Below the pieces are notes generated by a model that saw nothing but the letters and a program-made list of their open reading frames with translations, made no database searches and was not told the origin of the DNA. From Candidatus Woesearchaeota archaeon (GTDB taxonomy: Archaea > Nanobdellota > Nanobdellia > Woesearchaeales > DSVV01): 64,000 nt of DNA. The position numbers were made by a program, and so were the translations under genes. This document shows positions 1 through 11,274 of this stretch, piece after piece; position 1 is the first letter of the stretch; the number at the start of each line of letters is the position of its first letter. The stretch covers positions 57,837-121,836 of the forward strand of contig JAWABL010000001.1 of the NCBI GenBank assembly GCA_038884615.1, given 5' to 3'.

Positions 1-17
1 TCTTACTCAAAAGAATA

Positions 18-659
18 CTATTCAAAACCCATACTTTGTCCCCACGAAGAAGGCGCTCTGCTCCACTCTTTAGCAATGGTCACCTCCTCACCGGTGATAT
101 ACTTCTGTTTTTCTGCAACATCCAGAAGCGATGAAAAAGTTGTTAATGTAATAAGCTCGCACTCTGATTCTGCAAAAGTCTTTAATGCTGTATCCATCTC
201 ATATGAAAATATTGCCAAACAAGCAACAACCTCTCCGCCGGCGTCTCTTACGCCTCTAACAGCTACGATTGAACTTCCTCCTGTGCTTACAAGATCCTCG
301 ATGATAAGGACTTTCTGGCCTTTCTCAATCCTGCCTTCTATAAGGTTTTCCTTTCCATGCCCTTTTGCTGCAGAGCGCACATAAATCATAGGTTTTCCAT
401 ACTTTTCTGCAAGAAGCGCGGCCCACGCAATTGCTCCTGTAGCAACTCCTGCTATAACATCAAAACTCAGTTTTTTTCCATCAATAACCTCTGAGAACGC
501 GCCAACAATTTTCTTCCTCTCTGCTGGATAGCTCAAAAGAAGCCTATTATCTGTATATACTGGGCTGAGTATACCAGAGGCAAATCTATAAGGCCTTTTA
601 AGGTTTAGTGTGACTGCTCTTCTGTAAAGCAATATTTTCGCAACCTCTTCAGAAAGCAT
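18..659 (-). CDS. pyrE: orotate phosphoribosyltransferase
   Basis: 213-aa ORF with PRTase motif (VLIIEDLVSTGGS) and PyrE-like N-terminus; last gene of pyr operon, overlaps pyrC by 11 nt. Confidence 0.85.
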   Translation of the reverse strand: MLSEEVAKILLYRRAVTLNLKRPYRFASGILSPVYTDNRLLLSYPAERKKIVGAFSEVIDGKKLSFDVIAGVATGAIAWAALLAEKYGKPMIYVRSAAKGHGKENLIEGRIEKGQKVLIIEDLVSTGGSSIVAVRGVRDAGGEVVACLAIFSYEMDTALKTFAESECELITLTTFSSLLDVAEKQKYITGEEVTIAKEWSRAPSSWGQSMGFE

Positions 660-1830
660 AATAATTGACCTCCTTACCTTTTATAGAGTCATATATTTCG
701 CCGTCGTTAAAAACAAGGTTTCCGTTTACGATTGTCATAATAGGCCAGCCTTTTAGTTTTCTGCCGGCAAAAGGACTCCATTTGCACTTTGTAAACAACT
801 TCTCCTCATCTACTTCGCAAACGCGTTCCATGTCTATTATGGTGAGGTCTGCATCAAACCCTTCTCTTATGAATCCTTTATGCATTATTCCGAATGTTCT
901 CGCCGGGTTTTCACAACAGAGCTCAACAACCTTGCGAAGTGAAAATAAACCCTCGTTGACTGCGTTGAGCAGCAGTGGGAGAAGTGTCTCACAGCCTGGA
1001 ACACCATAAGGAAAATCTTTTGAGAGTTTTTCTCCTATTGTGTGCGGAGCGTGGTCTGAGCCTATTGTGTCAACAACACCTTCGTTTATTGCGTCATAAA
1101 GCACCAACTGATCAGCTATGGACTTTAAACCCGGCTTCATCTTGGTAAAGCCGTCCATGTCATCCTCCTCAGAAAGAAACAGATGATGCGGTGTCACTTC
1201 AACAAAGATGTTGCTTGACTTGTTTTCTCTAATAAAATCAATCTCATCAGCAGAACTTATATGGCATAGGTAGAGCCTTGCACCGCACTCTTGCGCTATA
1301 TGTATCGCCTTTTCAACCATGCTCCCTTCTGCGTGAACAGACACCATCTTTGAATCTGCAAACACCTGTTTTAACGCATCGTCGTCCTTGAACATTAGCA
1401 TTCCTGTAGAAGGATTCATAAACACCTTTGTTGATGCAATGTTTTTTGCTGCGCGTATTTGCTCTATGTTGTGTGGTGTTCCCGCGAAATGAAAACCATA
1501 GTTGACCACAGATTTCTCAGCAAGTTTTCTTTTCATTTCAAGCAACGCTGTCGTAGTTATCGGCGGCTCGTTGTTTGGCATATCAAGGACCGTGGTTATT
1601 CCACCCGCTGCTGCCGCAAAGCCTCCTGTCAAAAAATCTTCTTTTTGCTCACCGCCCGGCTCTCTAAAATGGACATGCGGATCAATTATACCAGGTATAA
1701 GATACCTACCTCCAGCATCTATGTAGTCATCATGCTGGTGCAGCATTCTTGCAATCTTTTTAATTCTACCACCCTCTATAAGAATATCTGCTTTTGTTCC
1801 ATCTGAAAGAACACAGTTTTTAATCAGCAT
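649..1830 (-). CDS. pyrC: dihydroorotase
   Basis: 393 aa; metal-binding DPHVHFREPG motif of the cyclic amidohydrolase/dihydroorotase family. Confidence 0.85.
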   Translation of the reverse strand: MLIKNCVLSDGTKADILIEGGRIKKIARMLHQHDDYIDAGGRYLIPGIIDPHVHFREPGGEQKEDFLTGGFAAAAGGITTVLDMPNNEPPITTTALLEMKRKLAEKSVVNYGFHFAGTPHNIEQIRAAKNIASTKVFMNPSTGMLMFKDDDALKQVFADSKMVSVHAEGSMVEKAIHIAQECGARLYLCHISSADEIDFIRENKSSNIFVEVTPHHLFLSEEDDMDGFTKMKPGLKSIADQLVLYDAINEGVVDTIGSDHAPHTIGEKLSKDFPYGVPGCETLLPLLLNAVNEGLFSLRKVVELCCENPARTFGIMHKGFIREGFDADLTIIDMERVCEVDEEKLFTKCKWSPFAGRKLKGWPIMTIVNGNLVFNDGEIYDSIKGKEVNYYAF

Positions 1831-2630
1831 CAGTACACCGTCCTATATGAATAATAGTCATTCAATGGCACCTTTTTTCCGGTCTTTAGCATTGCATATG
1901 CGCCGAAATCACTGAGCTTTGAAAGGTTCTCTGTACCAAGAACAGGCCCTTCTACGCAAATACGTATGTGGTTGCATGCACACTGTCCACAGATGCCTAT
2001 TGCGCAAACCATGAATCGCTCAAGCGACGCCTCACAGTAGATGTTGTGCAATTGGCACAAATCAAACACATTTTTCATCATTTGTTCTGGGCCGCATGTA
2101 TAAACCACTTCAAATTTTTTTGTTTTTAATATTTCTTTGAACCTTTCTGTAGCAAATCCCTTAAATCCAATGCTGCCGTCATCTGTACATATTTCTGTTT
2201 GTGGGAGAGAGTCGATTTTTTCGCTGAAAATAATTTTTTCTTTGCTTCTGAAACCGATTATTAAGGTCGGCTTATTAAGAGTGTCGATTAAAGGCATTAT
2301 AGCCGCAGCACCACATCCGCCTGCGACAACACATGCGCCATCCTTTATAATGGTAAAACCTTTTCCATAAGGTCCCCTGACGCCAAGTCTGTCGCCGGCT
2401 TTGAGCTTATGCAGCGCTTGTGTATAGCCCCCTCTGCGCTCTACGGTTATCCCAAAGACGCCCTTTTTATGATAGCTGAGCGAAAATGGCTTTTCGTCAA
2501 TATCAGGCAGCCAGAGCATCACAAACTGACCCGGTTTATAGTCAATGTCATGATTAAAATAAAAGGTCTTTGTCTCATTGTTTTCTTGCTTTATTTCTGC
2601 GATTTTAAGTACATATGGCATCTCAGCCAT
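1830..2630 (-). CDS. pyrK: dihydroorotate dehydrogenase electron-transfer subunit
   Basis: 266 aa; FAD/NAD-binding fold with C-terminal 2Fe-2S Cys cluster (CAIGICGQCAC); overlaps pyrD and pyrC ends. Confidence 0.8.
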   Translation of the reverse strand: MAEMPYVLKIAEIKQENNETKTFYFNHDIDYKPGQFVMLWLPDIDEKPFSLSYHKKGVFGITVERRGGYTQALHKLKAGDRLGVRGPYGKGFTIIKDGACVVAGGCGAAAIMPLIDTLNKPTLIIGFRSKEKIIFSEKIDSLPQTEICTDDGSIGFKGFATERFKEILKTKKFEVVYTCGPEQMMKNVFDLCQLHNIYCEASLERFMVCAIGICGQCACNHIRICVEGPVLGTENLSKLSDFGAYAMLKTGKKVPLNDYYSYRTVY

Positions 2631-3527
2631 GCGCTACACCTATTATATCAGTTAATGAACTATAACCGGAATTTTCAAGCCAATCATTTATCTCTTCTGA
2701 CACTTTTTGAAAAACATTGATACCCCTATAATATACTGCTGAGCCAATTCCAACTGCTGTTGCTCCGGCCATCATAAGTTCTATCGCGTCTCTGCCTGTC
2801 GTTACTCCACCAGTTCCAATAATAGGTATCTCCACTGACTCATATATTTCATACACACACCTTACTGCCACTGGGCGTATTGCAGGTCCGCTTAGCCCTC
2901 CGGTTTTGTATGAAAGCATGGGTTTTGCAACATCAATATTAATAAACATCCCTGGACCAAGCGTGTTTATCGCAGTTATTCCGTCTGCTCCGGCTTCCTC
3001 ACATGCCTTCGCCACTTCGGCTATATTCGGTGCTTGGGGAGTAAGCTTCGCAAAAACAGGCACTTTTGCTGCATTTTTTACTTCGCTTACAACATCATAG
3101 CATGCCTTTGTGCTTAATCCGAATATCATGCCATGTTCTTTCGTATTCGGGCAACTTAGATTAAGTTCTATTATAGAGGGATTACAAACCGACACTTTTT
3201 CTGCGAGCTGTACAAACTCATACCTGTCAGCTCCGAATATGCTTGCAATAATAGGCACATTCAAATCCTGCAAACTTCTTAGCTCTTCGAGCATTTCATC
3301 TATGCCAGGGTTTGTAAGTCCATAGCAGTTTGCGAGTCCATGTGCCCATTCAATAACTTTAGGGTTTCTGTGCCCCTCTCTTGGAAGCAGACCGGATGAT
3401 TTCAAGGTGAGCGCTCCTGCGCCGTTTCTTGCCACTTCGCGAAGCATAGATGAACCCATGCCAAGTATTCCTGAAGCAAGAATAGTGGGATTCTTCAGCC
3501 TATGCCCACATAATGTTACAGAGATGT

Positions 3528-3531
<4 letters not shown>
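2623..3531 (-). CDS. pyrD: dihydroorotate dehydrogenase catalytic subunit (class 1B)
   Basis: 302 aa TIM-barrel DHODH signature (GLTNPG, NLSCPN, GGV.TG). Confidence 0.85.
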
Positions 3532-4897
<1,366 letters not shown>

Positions 4898-4936
4898 CTA
4901 GTATAACAATTTAATTGTTTTTTAAATAACTTTTGG

Positions 4937-7900
4937 TTAATATTCATCCCATGCTTTAATCTCCAGGTCCTCCAGTCGTGTCTTTGAAATTGCATCAACA
5001 AAAAGCTTGGTCAAACTTGTATCTGTAAGAAGAGGGACTGCATGGTCCACTGCTTTCCGTCTTATAAGATACCCATCTGTCACCGCTTCTCTTTTTCCAT
5101 GGTCTGGTATCATTATAACAAAATCAAGCTGTTTTTTTTCTATCATTGTGAGTGCATTTTCTTTTTGTGTGTTGTGCGCTTTTAATACCATCTGGCACAC
5201 AAGCCCATTTTTTCTTAGAAACTCAAATGTATGCTCTGTAGCAAAAAGATTAAATCCCATCGCATAAAGCTTTTTTATAGAATCTAAAAGGCGAAATTTG
5301 TTCTCCTCGTCGCTTATGCTCAAAAGCACATTCTTCTTAGGAAGCTGCAATCCCGTCGCAAGTATGCTTTTTAAAAACGCACTATTAAGATTATCTCCAA
5401 GGCACGCCACTTCGCCTGTTGAGGCCATTTCAACTCCTATAATCGGATCTGCCATCTTAAGTCGCGTAAAGGAAAACTGTGGTGATTTAACTCCGACATA
5501 GTCCATGTCAAGAGTAGATATTCCATACCTTACCTTCTTGCTTAGCATTGCCCTCACGGCAAGATCTATAAAGTTTTGCTTTGAAACCTTTGAAACAAAC
5601 GGAAAGCTTCTAGACGCCCGAAGGTTACATTCTATAACTTTTATCTCATTTTCTTTTGCGAGGTATTGTATATTGAATGGTCCTGTAATGTTAAGCGATT
5701 GCGCGATCATCTGTGTTATTTTTTTAACTCGCCTTGCGGTTTCAAGATAGGTGTTGTTTGGCGGAAAGATTATTGTCGCGTCACCGCTATGTACCCCTGC
5801 TTTCTCAACATGCTCTGACAATGCCCAAATAACAATGCTGCCATTTTTTGCCACTGCATCGACCTCTATTTCCTTGGCATTCCTAATAAACTTGCTTATT
5901 ACAACAGGATGCTCCTTGTTGACCTCGGCTGCATTCGAGAGATATTCTTTAAGTTCAGAATCATTGGCTGCGACACGCATTGCCGCACCGCTCAAAACAT
6001 AACTAGGTCTAACAAGGACAGGATAGCCGACTTTTTGCGAAAATAGTTGTGCGTCGTCAAGATTCGTAAGCTCTTTCCATTCCGGCTGGTCTACGCCAAT
6101 TTCGTCAAGAAGTTTTGAAAACTTGTATCTGTCTTCCGACCTGTCTATATCTTTTGGATGAGTACCTATAATTTTTGCGCCTGCAAAATGAAGCTTTAAA
6201 GCAAGATTGTTTGGTATCTGTCCACCCATAGAAATTATTATCCCATCTGGCTGCTCCTTATCATAGATGTCCATCACAGATTCTATTGAAAGCTCGTCAA
6301 AATACAATCTATCGCATATATCATAGTCTGTGCTAACAGTTTCTGGATTGTAATTTATCATTATTGTTTCATAGCCCAGCTTCCTTAAGCTTATCACTGC
6401 GTTTACACAGCACCAGTCAAACTCTACAGAACTACCTATCCTGTATGCTCCGCTTCCAAGTACTATAACGCTTTTTCTGCGACTGAAAGTCACATCGTCT
6501 TCGCTCCCATTATATGTCAAATAAAGATAGTTTGTCTTTGCCGGATATTCTGCGGCAAGAGTATCAATTTGCTTTATGCATGGCAGAATACCAAAAGATT
6601 TTCTTTTTTCTTTCACTTCCTTCGCTTGACATCCAAGACATATCCCTATTTGTTTGTCTGAAAATCCGCGGCTTTTTGCTTTAAGAAAAACCTCCCTATG
6701 CACAGTCTCAAGAGTGTACTGCCTTAGCTCTTTCTCTGTATTTACAATATTAGATATTTTATGTAAGAACCATTTGTCAATTTTTGAAAGGGAGTATATT
6801 TGATCAGTGCTATAACCTTGTTTAAGCGCCTGGGCAATCGCAAAGACTCTTTCATCGGTAGGATTTGCAAGCTCTTCATCGATGTCCTTACATAGGATAT
6901 TATCATTACAGACAACTCCATTTGCTCCTATCTCAAGCATTCTAATTGCCTTTTGAAGCGCCTCTTCAAACTTTCTGCCTATCGCCATGACTTCTCCAAC
7001 AGACATCATACTGGAGCCTATTTTCTTGCTTACCCTAACAAACTTTTTTAAGTCCCATCTTGGAATTTTGACAACACAATAGTCAAGCGCAGGTTCAAAA
7101 CATGCCGTGGTTATTTGTGTGATTGAATTTCTCAGCTGAGTCAAAGTATAGCCAATAGATAGCTTTGCCGCAATGAAAGCAAGTGGATACCCAGTAGCTT
7201 TTGAGGCTAGTGCAGAGCTCCTGCTAAGCCGCGCGTTTACCTCTATAACTCTATACTCGCTGTTTTTTGGGTTTAATGCAAACTGGATATTGCATTCGCC
7301 GATTACTCCAAGATGACGAATTGCCTTTATCGAGACCTCTCTTAGCATATGATACTCGTAATTTGTTAGTGTCTGGCTTGGGGCAACAACTATACTTTCT
7401 CCGGTATGTATCCCCATAGGGTCCATGTTCTCCATGTTACAGACAGTTATGCAATTATCCATACGGTCCCTCACAACCTCATACTCTATTTCCTTCCATC
7501 CATGAAGGTACTCTTCAACAAGTAACTGTTGTGTGTATGAAAATGCTTTACTTAGCATATCCTTTAGTGATTGCTCATTGTATGCAACACCAGAACCAAG
7601 ACCGCCAAGCGCATATGCAATCCTTACCATTACTGGATAACCTATCCTTTGTGCAATTTCTATCGCCTGGTCTATATTTCTAGCTGCTTCGCTTCGTGGG
7701 GTTTTTACACCAATTTCATCAAGTTTTCTTACAAAAAGTTCCCTATCTTCTGTATCAATTATGGTTTTTACAGGTGTTCCCAGCACCTTCACATTGTTTT
7801 TTTGTAAAATACCTGAATTATAGAGCTCTACGCCACAGTTAAGCGCGGTTTGACCTCCAAAAGAAAGAAGTATCCCATCCGGCTTTTCCTTTTCGATTAC

Positions 7901-8161
7901 GCGCTCAACAAAATAAGCTGTTATCGGAAGAAAATACACCTTGTCTGCGAGGTGCTCTGAAGTTTGTATTGTAGCGATATTTGGATTAACAAGGACTACC
8001 TTTATGCCCTCTTCTTTTAATGCCTTTATCGCTTGGCTACCAGAATAGTCGAACTCACCAGCCTCGCCTATTTTAAGCGCGCCAGAGCCAAGAACAATCA
8101 CCTTTTTAGGTCTTTCTATGCTTCCCTTATCACACTTCGCACAAAACTCTTTTCTTTTCAT
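4937..8161 (-). CDS. carB: carbamoyl-phosphate synthase large subunit
   Basis: 1074 aa with duplicated ATP-grasp halves, typical CarB length and motifs. Confidence 0.95.
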   Translation of the reverse strand: MKRKEFCAKCDKGSIERPKKVIVLGSGALKIGEAGEFDYSGSQAIKALKEEGIKVVLVNPNIATIQTSEHLADKVYFLPITAYFVERVIEKEKPDGILLSFGGQTALNCGVELYNSGILQKNNVKVLGTPVKTIIDTEDRELFVRKLDEIGVKTPRSEAARNIDQAIEIAQRIGYPVMVRIAYALGGLGSGVAYNEQSLKDMLSKAFSYTQQLLVEEYLHGWKEIEYEVVRDRMDNCITVCNMENMDPMGIHTGESIVVAPSQTLTNYEYHMLREVSIKAIRHLGVIGECNIQFALNPKNSEYRVIEVNARLSRSSALASKATGYPLAFIAAKLSIGYTLTQLRNSITQITTACFEPALDYCVVKIPRWDLKKFVRVSKKIGSSMMSVGEVMAIGRKFEEALQKAIRMLEIGANGVVCNDNILCKDIDEELANPTDERVFAIAQALKQGYSTDQIYSLSKIDKWFLHKISNIVNTEKELRQYTLETVHREVFLKAKSRGFSDKQIGICLGCQAKEVKEKRKSFGILPCIKQIDTLAAEYPAKTNYLYLTYNGSEDDVTFSRRKSVIVLGSGAYRIGSSVEFDWCCVNAVISLRKLGYETIMINYNPETVSTDYDICDRLYFDELSIESVMDIYDKEQPDGIIISMGGQIPNNLALKLHFAGAKIIGTHPKDIDRSEDRYKFSKLLDEIGVDQPEWKELTNLDDAQLFSQKVGYPVLVRPSYVLSGAAMRVAANDSELKEYLSNAAEVNKEHPVVISKFIRNAKEIEVDAVAKNGSIVIWALSEHVEKAGVHSGDATIIFPPNNTYLETARRVKKITQMIAQSLNITGPFNIQYLAKENEIKVIECNLRASRSFPFVSKVSKQNFIDLAVRAMLSKKVRYGISTLDMDYVGVKSPQFSFTRLKMADPIIGVEMASTGEVACLGDNLNSAFLKSILATGLQLPKKNVLLSISDEENKFRLLDSIKKLYAMGFNLFATEHTFEFLRKNGLVCQMVLKAHNTQKENALTMIEKKQLDFVIMIPDHGKREAVTDGYLIRRKAVDHAVPLLTDTSLTKLFVDAISKTRLEDLEIKAWDEY

Positions 8162-9249
8162 ACATTAATCATCTCTCTAAATTTATCAAACAAAAATGCA
8201 GTGTCAACCGGACCTGGTGTAGCTTCAGGGTGAAACTGTACCCCGCAAAATGGAAGAGACGCATGCCTTATCCCTTCGTTTGTCCCGTCGTTTGCATTGA
8301 CAAACCATTCTTCCCATCCACTAGGCAGTGTTTCTTTGTCAACTGCATATCCATGATTCTGGCTTGTGATATAACATCTGCCTGTCTTGACATCAATACA
8401 CGGTTGGTTCTGGCTTCTATGTCCGTATTTAAGCTTGTAAGTGTTTGCGCCGGCAGCAAGGGCAAGAAGCTGATTTCCAAGGCATATACCCATTATAGGC
8501 ACCTTTTTCTTCATTGCTTGCCTAAGTGACTCTATTGTTGTGACGCACATTTTTGGGTCGCCCGGCCCATTTGATACAAAAACACCATCATAATCCAAAC
8601 TGGAGATATCATAGTTCCATGGCACTCGCATGACTTTTATTCCACGAAGAACTAGTGAGCGGATTATGTTGTATTTTGCTCCGCAATCAAGAAGAATCAC
8701 CTTTTTTTCTCCGCTGCCGTATGTTTCCACCCTTTTAACAGAGACTTCAGCAACAAGATTCATATTATTTGGATTTTCAAATGGCACATCATCTTCATGA
8801 ACATTTTCGTAAACAAGTTTACCCAGCATAACACCTCTCTCCCTGAGCCGTTTTGTAACCGCACGTGTATCAACACCGCATATTGCAGGGATATTGTGCT
8901 CGAGTAACCAATCTGAAAGAGATTTCTCAGACCTCCAATGACTAAATTCCTTTGAATAATCAGACACTACAAGTCCTTTTATATAGATTCTGTTGGACTC
9001 AAAATTTTTCAAAAATCCAAGCTCGTCATAATCATTGCCAGGAACACCATAATTGCCTATAAGCGGATAAGTCAGTACTAGGATTTGCCCTTCATAGCTT
9101 GGGTCTGTAAGAGACTCAGGATACCCTATCATCCCCGTATTAAAGACAACCTCTCCAGAAACATTCTTTTCTGCTGCAAATGAAAATCCCTCAAAAGAAG
9201 AACCATCCTCAAGGATTAATTTTGCTTTTTTAAAGATGTTAAAAGACAT
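8158..9249 (-). CDS. carA: carbamoyl-phosphate synthase small (glutaminase) subunit
   Basis: 363 aa; class-I glutamine amidotransferase catalytic Cys (GICLGNQ) and His/Glu; 4-nt overlap with carB. Confidence 0.9.
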   Translation of the reverse strand: MSFNIFKKAKLILEDGSSFEGFSFAAEKNVSGEVVFNTGMIGYPESLTDPSYEGQILVLTYPLIGNYGVPGNDYDELGFLKNFESNRIYIKGLVVSDYSKEFSHWRSEKSLSDWLLEHNIPAICGVDTRAVTKRLRERGVMLGKLVYENVHEDDVPFENPNNMNLVAEVSVKRVETYGSGEKKVILLDCGAKYNIIRSLVLRGIKVMRVPWNYDISSLDYDGVFVSNGPGDPKMCVTTIESLRQAMKKKVPIMGICLGNQLLALAAGANTYKLKYGHRSQNQPCIDVKTGRCYITSQNHGYAVDKETLPSGWEEWFVNANDGTNEGIRHASLPFCGVQFHPEATPGPVDTAFLFDKFREMINV

Positions 9250-9274
9250 ACTAAAAACAAAGCAGATTCAGGGG

Positions 9275-9290
9275 CTTTTTATAAAGATTG
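9275..9290 (-). promoter_or_regulatory. putative TATA box of the car-pyr operon promoter
   Basis: minus-strand CTTTATAAAAAG ~28-38 nt upstream of the carA ATG; same YTTATAAAAAG motif lies ~30 nt upstream of tRNA-His, tRNA-Cys and tRNA-Leu. Confidence 0.35.
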
Positions 9291-9450
9291 TTGTTTTAAA
9301 AAAATAGATTACAAAAAAAGGGAAGAGGTTAAAAAAATTAAAGAACATTAATTATTGATTTAGGAGGTTATAGATGCGGCATGAGAAGCGGTCTATCAAA
9401 TATTGCTTGATTTAATCATCTGATTTTTTAATATTTTTTATTATGCATAC

Positions 9451-9631
9451 CGGCTGCGTTCAAAATCTCGTTTTCGGTTGGCTTACCATCATGTTGGCAT
9501 TTTCCATTCAAATCAAAATATCCTGGTTCTCCGTATGGAACAACTCACCTCAGACCTATATACCTCAGACCTATATATTGTTCCTGAATGTGCATACGCG
9601 GTGGATGCTAACACACTTTTTGAACGGTGCC
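9451..9631. mobile_element. miniature inverted-repeat element copy A (~181 bp, non-autonomous)
   Basis: 14-bp terminal inverted repeats GGCTGCGTTCAAAA / TTTTGAACG(GTG)CC; flanked by direct repeat (T)ATGCATAC; internal 15-bp tandem duplication (CCTCAGACCTATATA x2); ~90% identical to copies at 60599..60763 and 62457..62621. Confidence 0.8.
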
Positions 9632-9738
9632 TATGCATACCACAAAATTATTTATTGAATTCTTTAATTTGCTATTCTAATTTGTCACTATTATTGAATA
9701 CTACACAAAGTTTTAATAATGACCCTCTTTCTATTTTT

Positions 9739-10653
9739 ATGGTGGGTAAGATGGGGATGTTTGATTTTATGAAGAGAAAAAAAGAGGAACCGAAGATTGA
9801 TTTTCCTCCTCTACCACAATCACAACAAATAAACATCCCAGAAATTAAAGAAATACCTACAATACCAGACATAAAGATTTCTGATGCTCAACGCATACCA
9901 CAGCAACCTGCTCAGCAAAAGGAGGAATTTAATTTTGGACTTCCACCACTGCCCGACAAAAATCCTATACCTGATGAACCCTTTCCACTTCCGCAAAACT
10001 TTGATTTTACAAACGAAGATTTGTTTAAGGACGATGCATTCTTTAAAAACAATATCCAAGAGCCTGCACAAGAGGCACCAAAAACAGAAGCAAAGCAGGA
10101 TTTTGTTGGCACTGCTCCGCCATGGATGCATGAGCCTGTGATGCCAGAGGTGCCTCCTGCATGGTCGCAAAAAACATCTTATACCGAAGAAAAAAGTTTG
10201 TGGGAACGCCAAAATATACAAGAGGACATCCCAAAACCTAAACAAACATGGAAAACACCCAACCAGATACCTAACCAGGCGAGTATAGAAACCTCGCAAA
10301 TACAACCATCAAATCGCTGGGAAAACAACCAAACTGAGTCCTGGCAAACATCAACACTGCCTGAACAAAAAATTGAAACCAAAAGGGATGCACTGCCAAG
10401 TGCCTCTGCTTATACTGCAAAACCTGGAGTTATTGAATCGGCAGGTCCTGCATTTATGAACTATTTAAGCTTTCAATCGGTTATGGAGGTTATAAACACA
10501 CTTGGCGAGGCAACAAAGATTGTGGAAGACACAACATACCGCCTGAAAGAGATAAATACTGACAAAGATAATCTGAACAATGCATGGCAAACTGTCTTGG
10601 AAGACCTTGAAAAAGAACTAGTGTCGCTTGACCAAAATCTTTATGGAGGCTGA
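9739..10653 (+). CDS. hypothetical Pro/Gln-rich low-complexity protein (start moved to first ATG outside the repeat element)
   Basis: ORF 9478..10653 begins inside the repeat element; first plausible ATG (MVGKMGMFDFMKRK) at 9739; PPLP/PxxP-rich disordered N-terminal region, helical C-terminal ~80 aa; no recognisable domain. Confidence 0.45.
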   Translation: MVGKMGMFDFMKRKKEEPKIDFPPLPQSQQINIPEIKEIPTIPDIKISDAQRIPQQPAQQKEEFNFGLPPLPDKNPIPDEPFPLPQNFDFTNEDLFKDDAFFKNNIQEPAQEAPKTEAKQDFVGTAPPWMHEPVMPEVPPAWSQKTSYTEEKSLWERQNIQEDIPKPKQTWKTPNQIPNQASIETSQIQPSNRWENNQTESWQTSTLPEQKIETKRDALPSASAYTAKPGVIESAGPAFMNYLSFQSVMEVINTLGEATKIVEDTTYRLKEINTDKDNLNNAWQTVLEDLEKELVSLDQNLYGG

Positions 10654-10894
10654 AAAAATGGGTTATGTGAATGAAAAATCGCTTTTTATCAAGCTTGACA
10701 GCTACAAAAAGACGCTTGAACAGATAAATGTTTTAAAAGCAAAAGTTGAAGAGGCAAAAGGTATTTTTTCCAAAATCAGCGACCTGAAAAGAGAAGAGGA
10801 TACTGAAATGAGCATTTGGCAGGGGAATCTTGCGCAGGTTGAAAGCAAGATGAAATTCATTGAAAAAACTTTGCTGGAGCCTGGAGTACAATGA
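10643..10894 (+). CDS. hypothetical small coiled-coil protein
   Basis: 83 aa from ATG 10643 (ORF track starts at a TTG at 10628); GGAGG Shine-Dalgarno motif overlaps the start region; overlaps upstream gene stop and downstream gene start by 4 nt (translational coupling). Confidence 0.4.
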   Translation: MEAEKMGYVNEKSLFIKLDSYKKTLEQINVLKAKVEEAKGIFSKISDLKREEDTEMSIWQGNLAQVESKMKFIEKTLLEPGVQ

Positions 10895-11241
10895 ATGAAG
10901 AGATGTTTTATGTCCAGTTACAGAACTCAAAGGAGCTTAGAAGAGCTGTTCTTGAGGCTACTAAGCTAACCATACAAGTTCTTCAGAGCTATGAAAAAGT
11001 AAAGAAGATCAGGCTGCAAAAGCTTGAAGAAATGCAGAAGCTCCTAGGTCTATTCAGCGAAATAAATAAGATATGTGAGGATATAAAGATTGAGCCGCCT
11101 TCGCTTGACCTTGACATTCAGGATTCAAAGCCCGCCAAAAAAAAGAAGACTGTAAGGGAAACAAAGGAACCGACTCCTGAAATCAAGCAGCTTGAGATGG
11201 CGATATCACAGATTGAGTCAAAACTTAGCAGGCTTGGTTAA
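10891..11241 (+). CDS. hypothetical coiled-coil protein
   Basis: 116 aa, heptad-rich, Lys-rich linker; third gene of a coupled three-gene module. Confidence 0.4.
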   Translation: MNEEMFYVQLQNSKELRRAVLEATKLTIQVLQSYEKVKKIRLQKLEEMQKLLGLFSEINKICEDIKIEPPSLDLDIQDSKPAKKKKTVRETKEPTPEIKQLEMAISQIESKLSRLG

Positions 11242-11274
11242 CTTTAAATAGTATTCACTGATTCTTGCAGGATT

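Noticed and set aside
4937-8161. Numerous 60-90-aa ORFs antisense to carB, carA, pyr genes, secY, polD and ribosomal-protein genes
   Set aside because: Embedded in strongly supported long CDSs on the opposite strand; typical shadow ORFs
9443-9658. 71-aa ORF and N-terminal 87 codons of ORF 9478..10653
   Set aside because: Encoded by the repeat-element copy A itself; equivalent short frames in copies B (60682..60918) and C (62444..62671) diverge outside the element, so these are element sequence rather than genes
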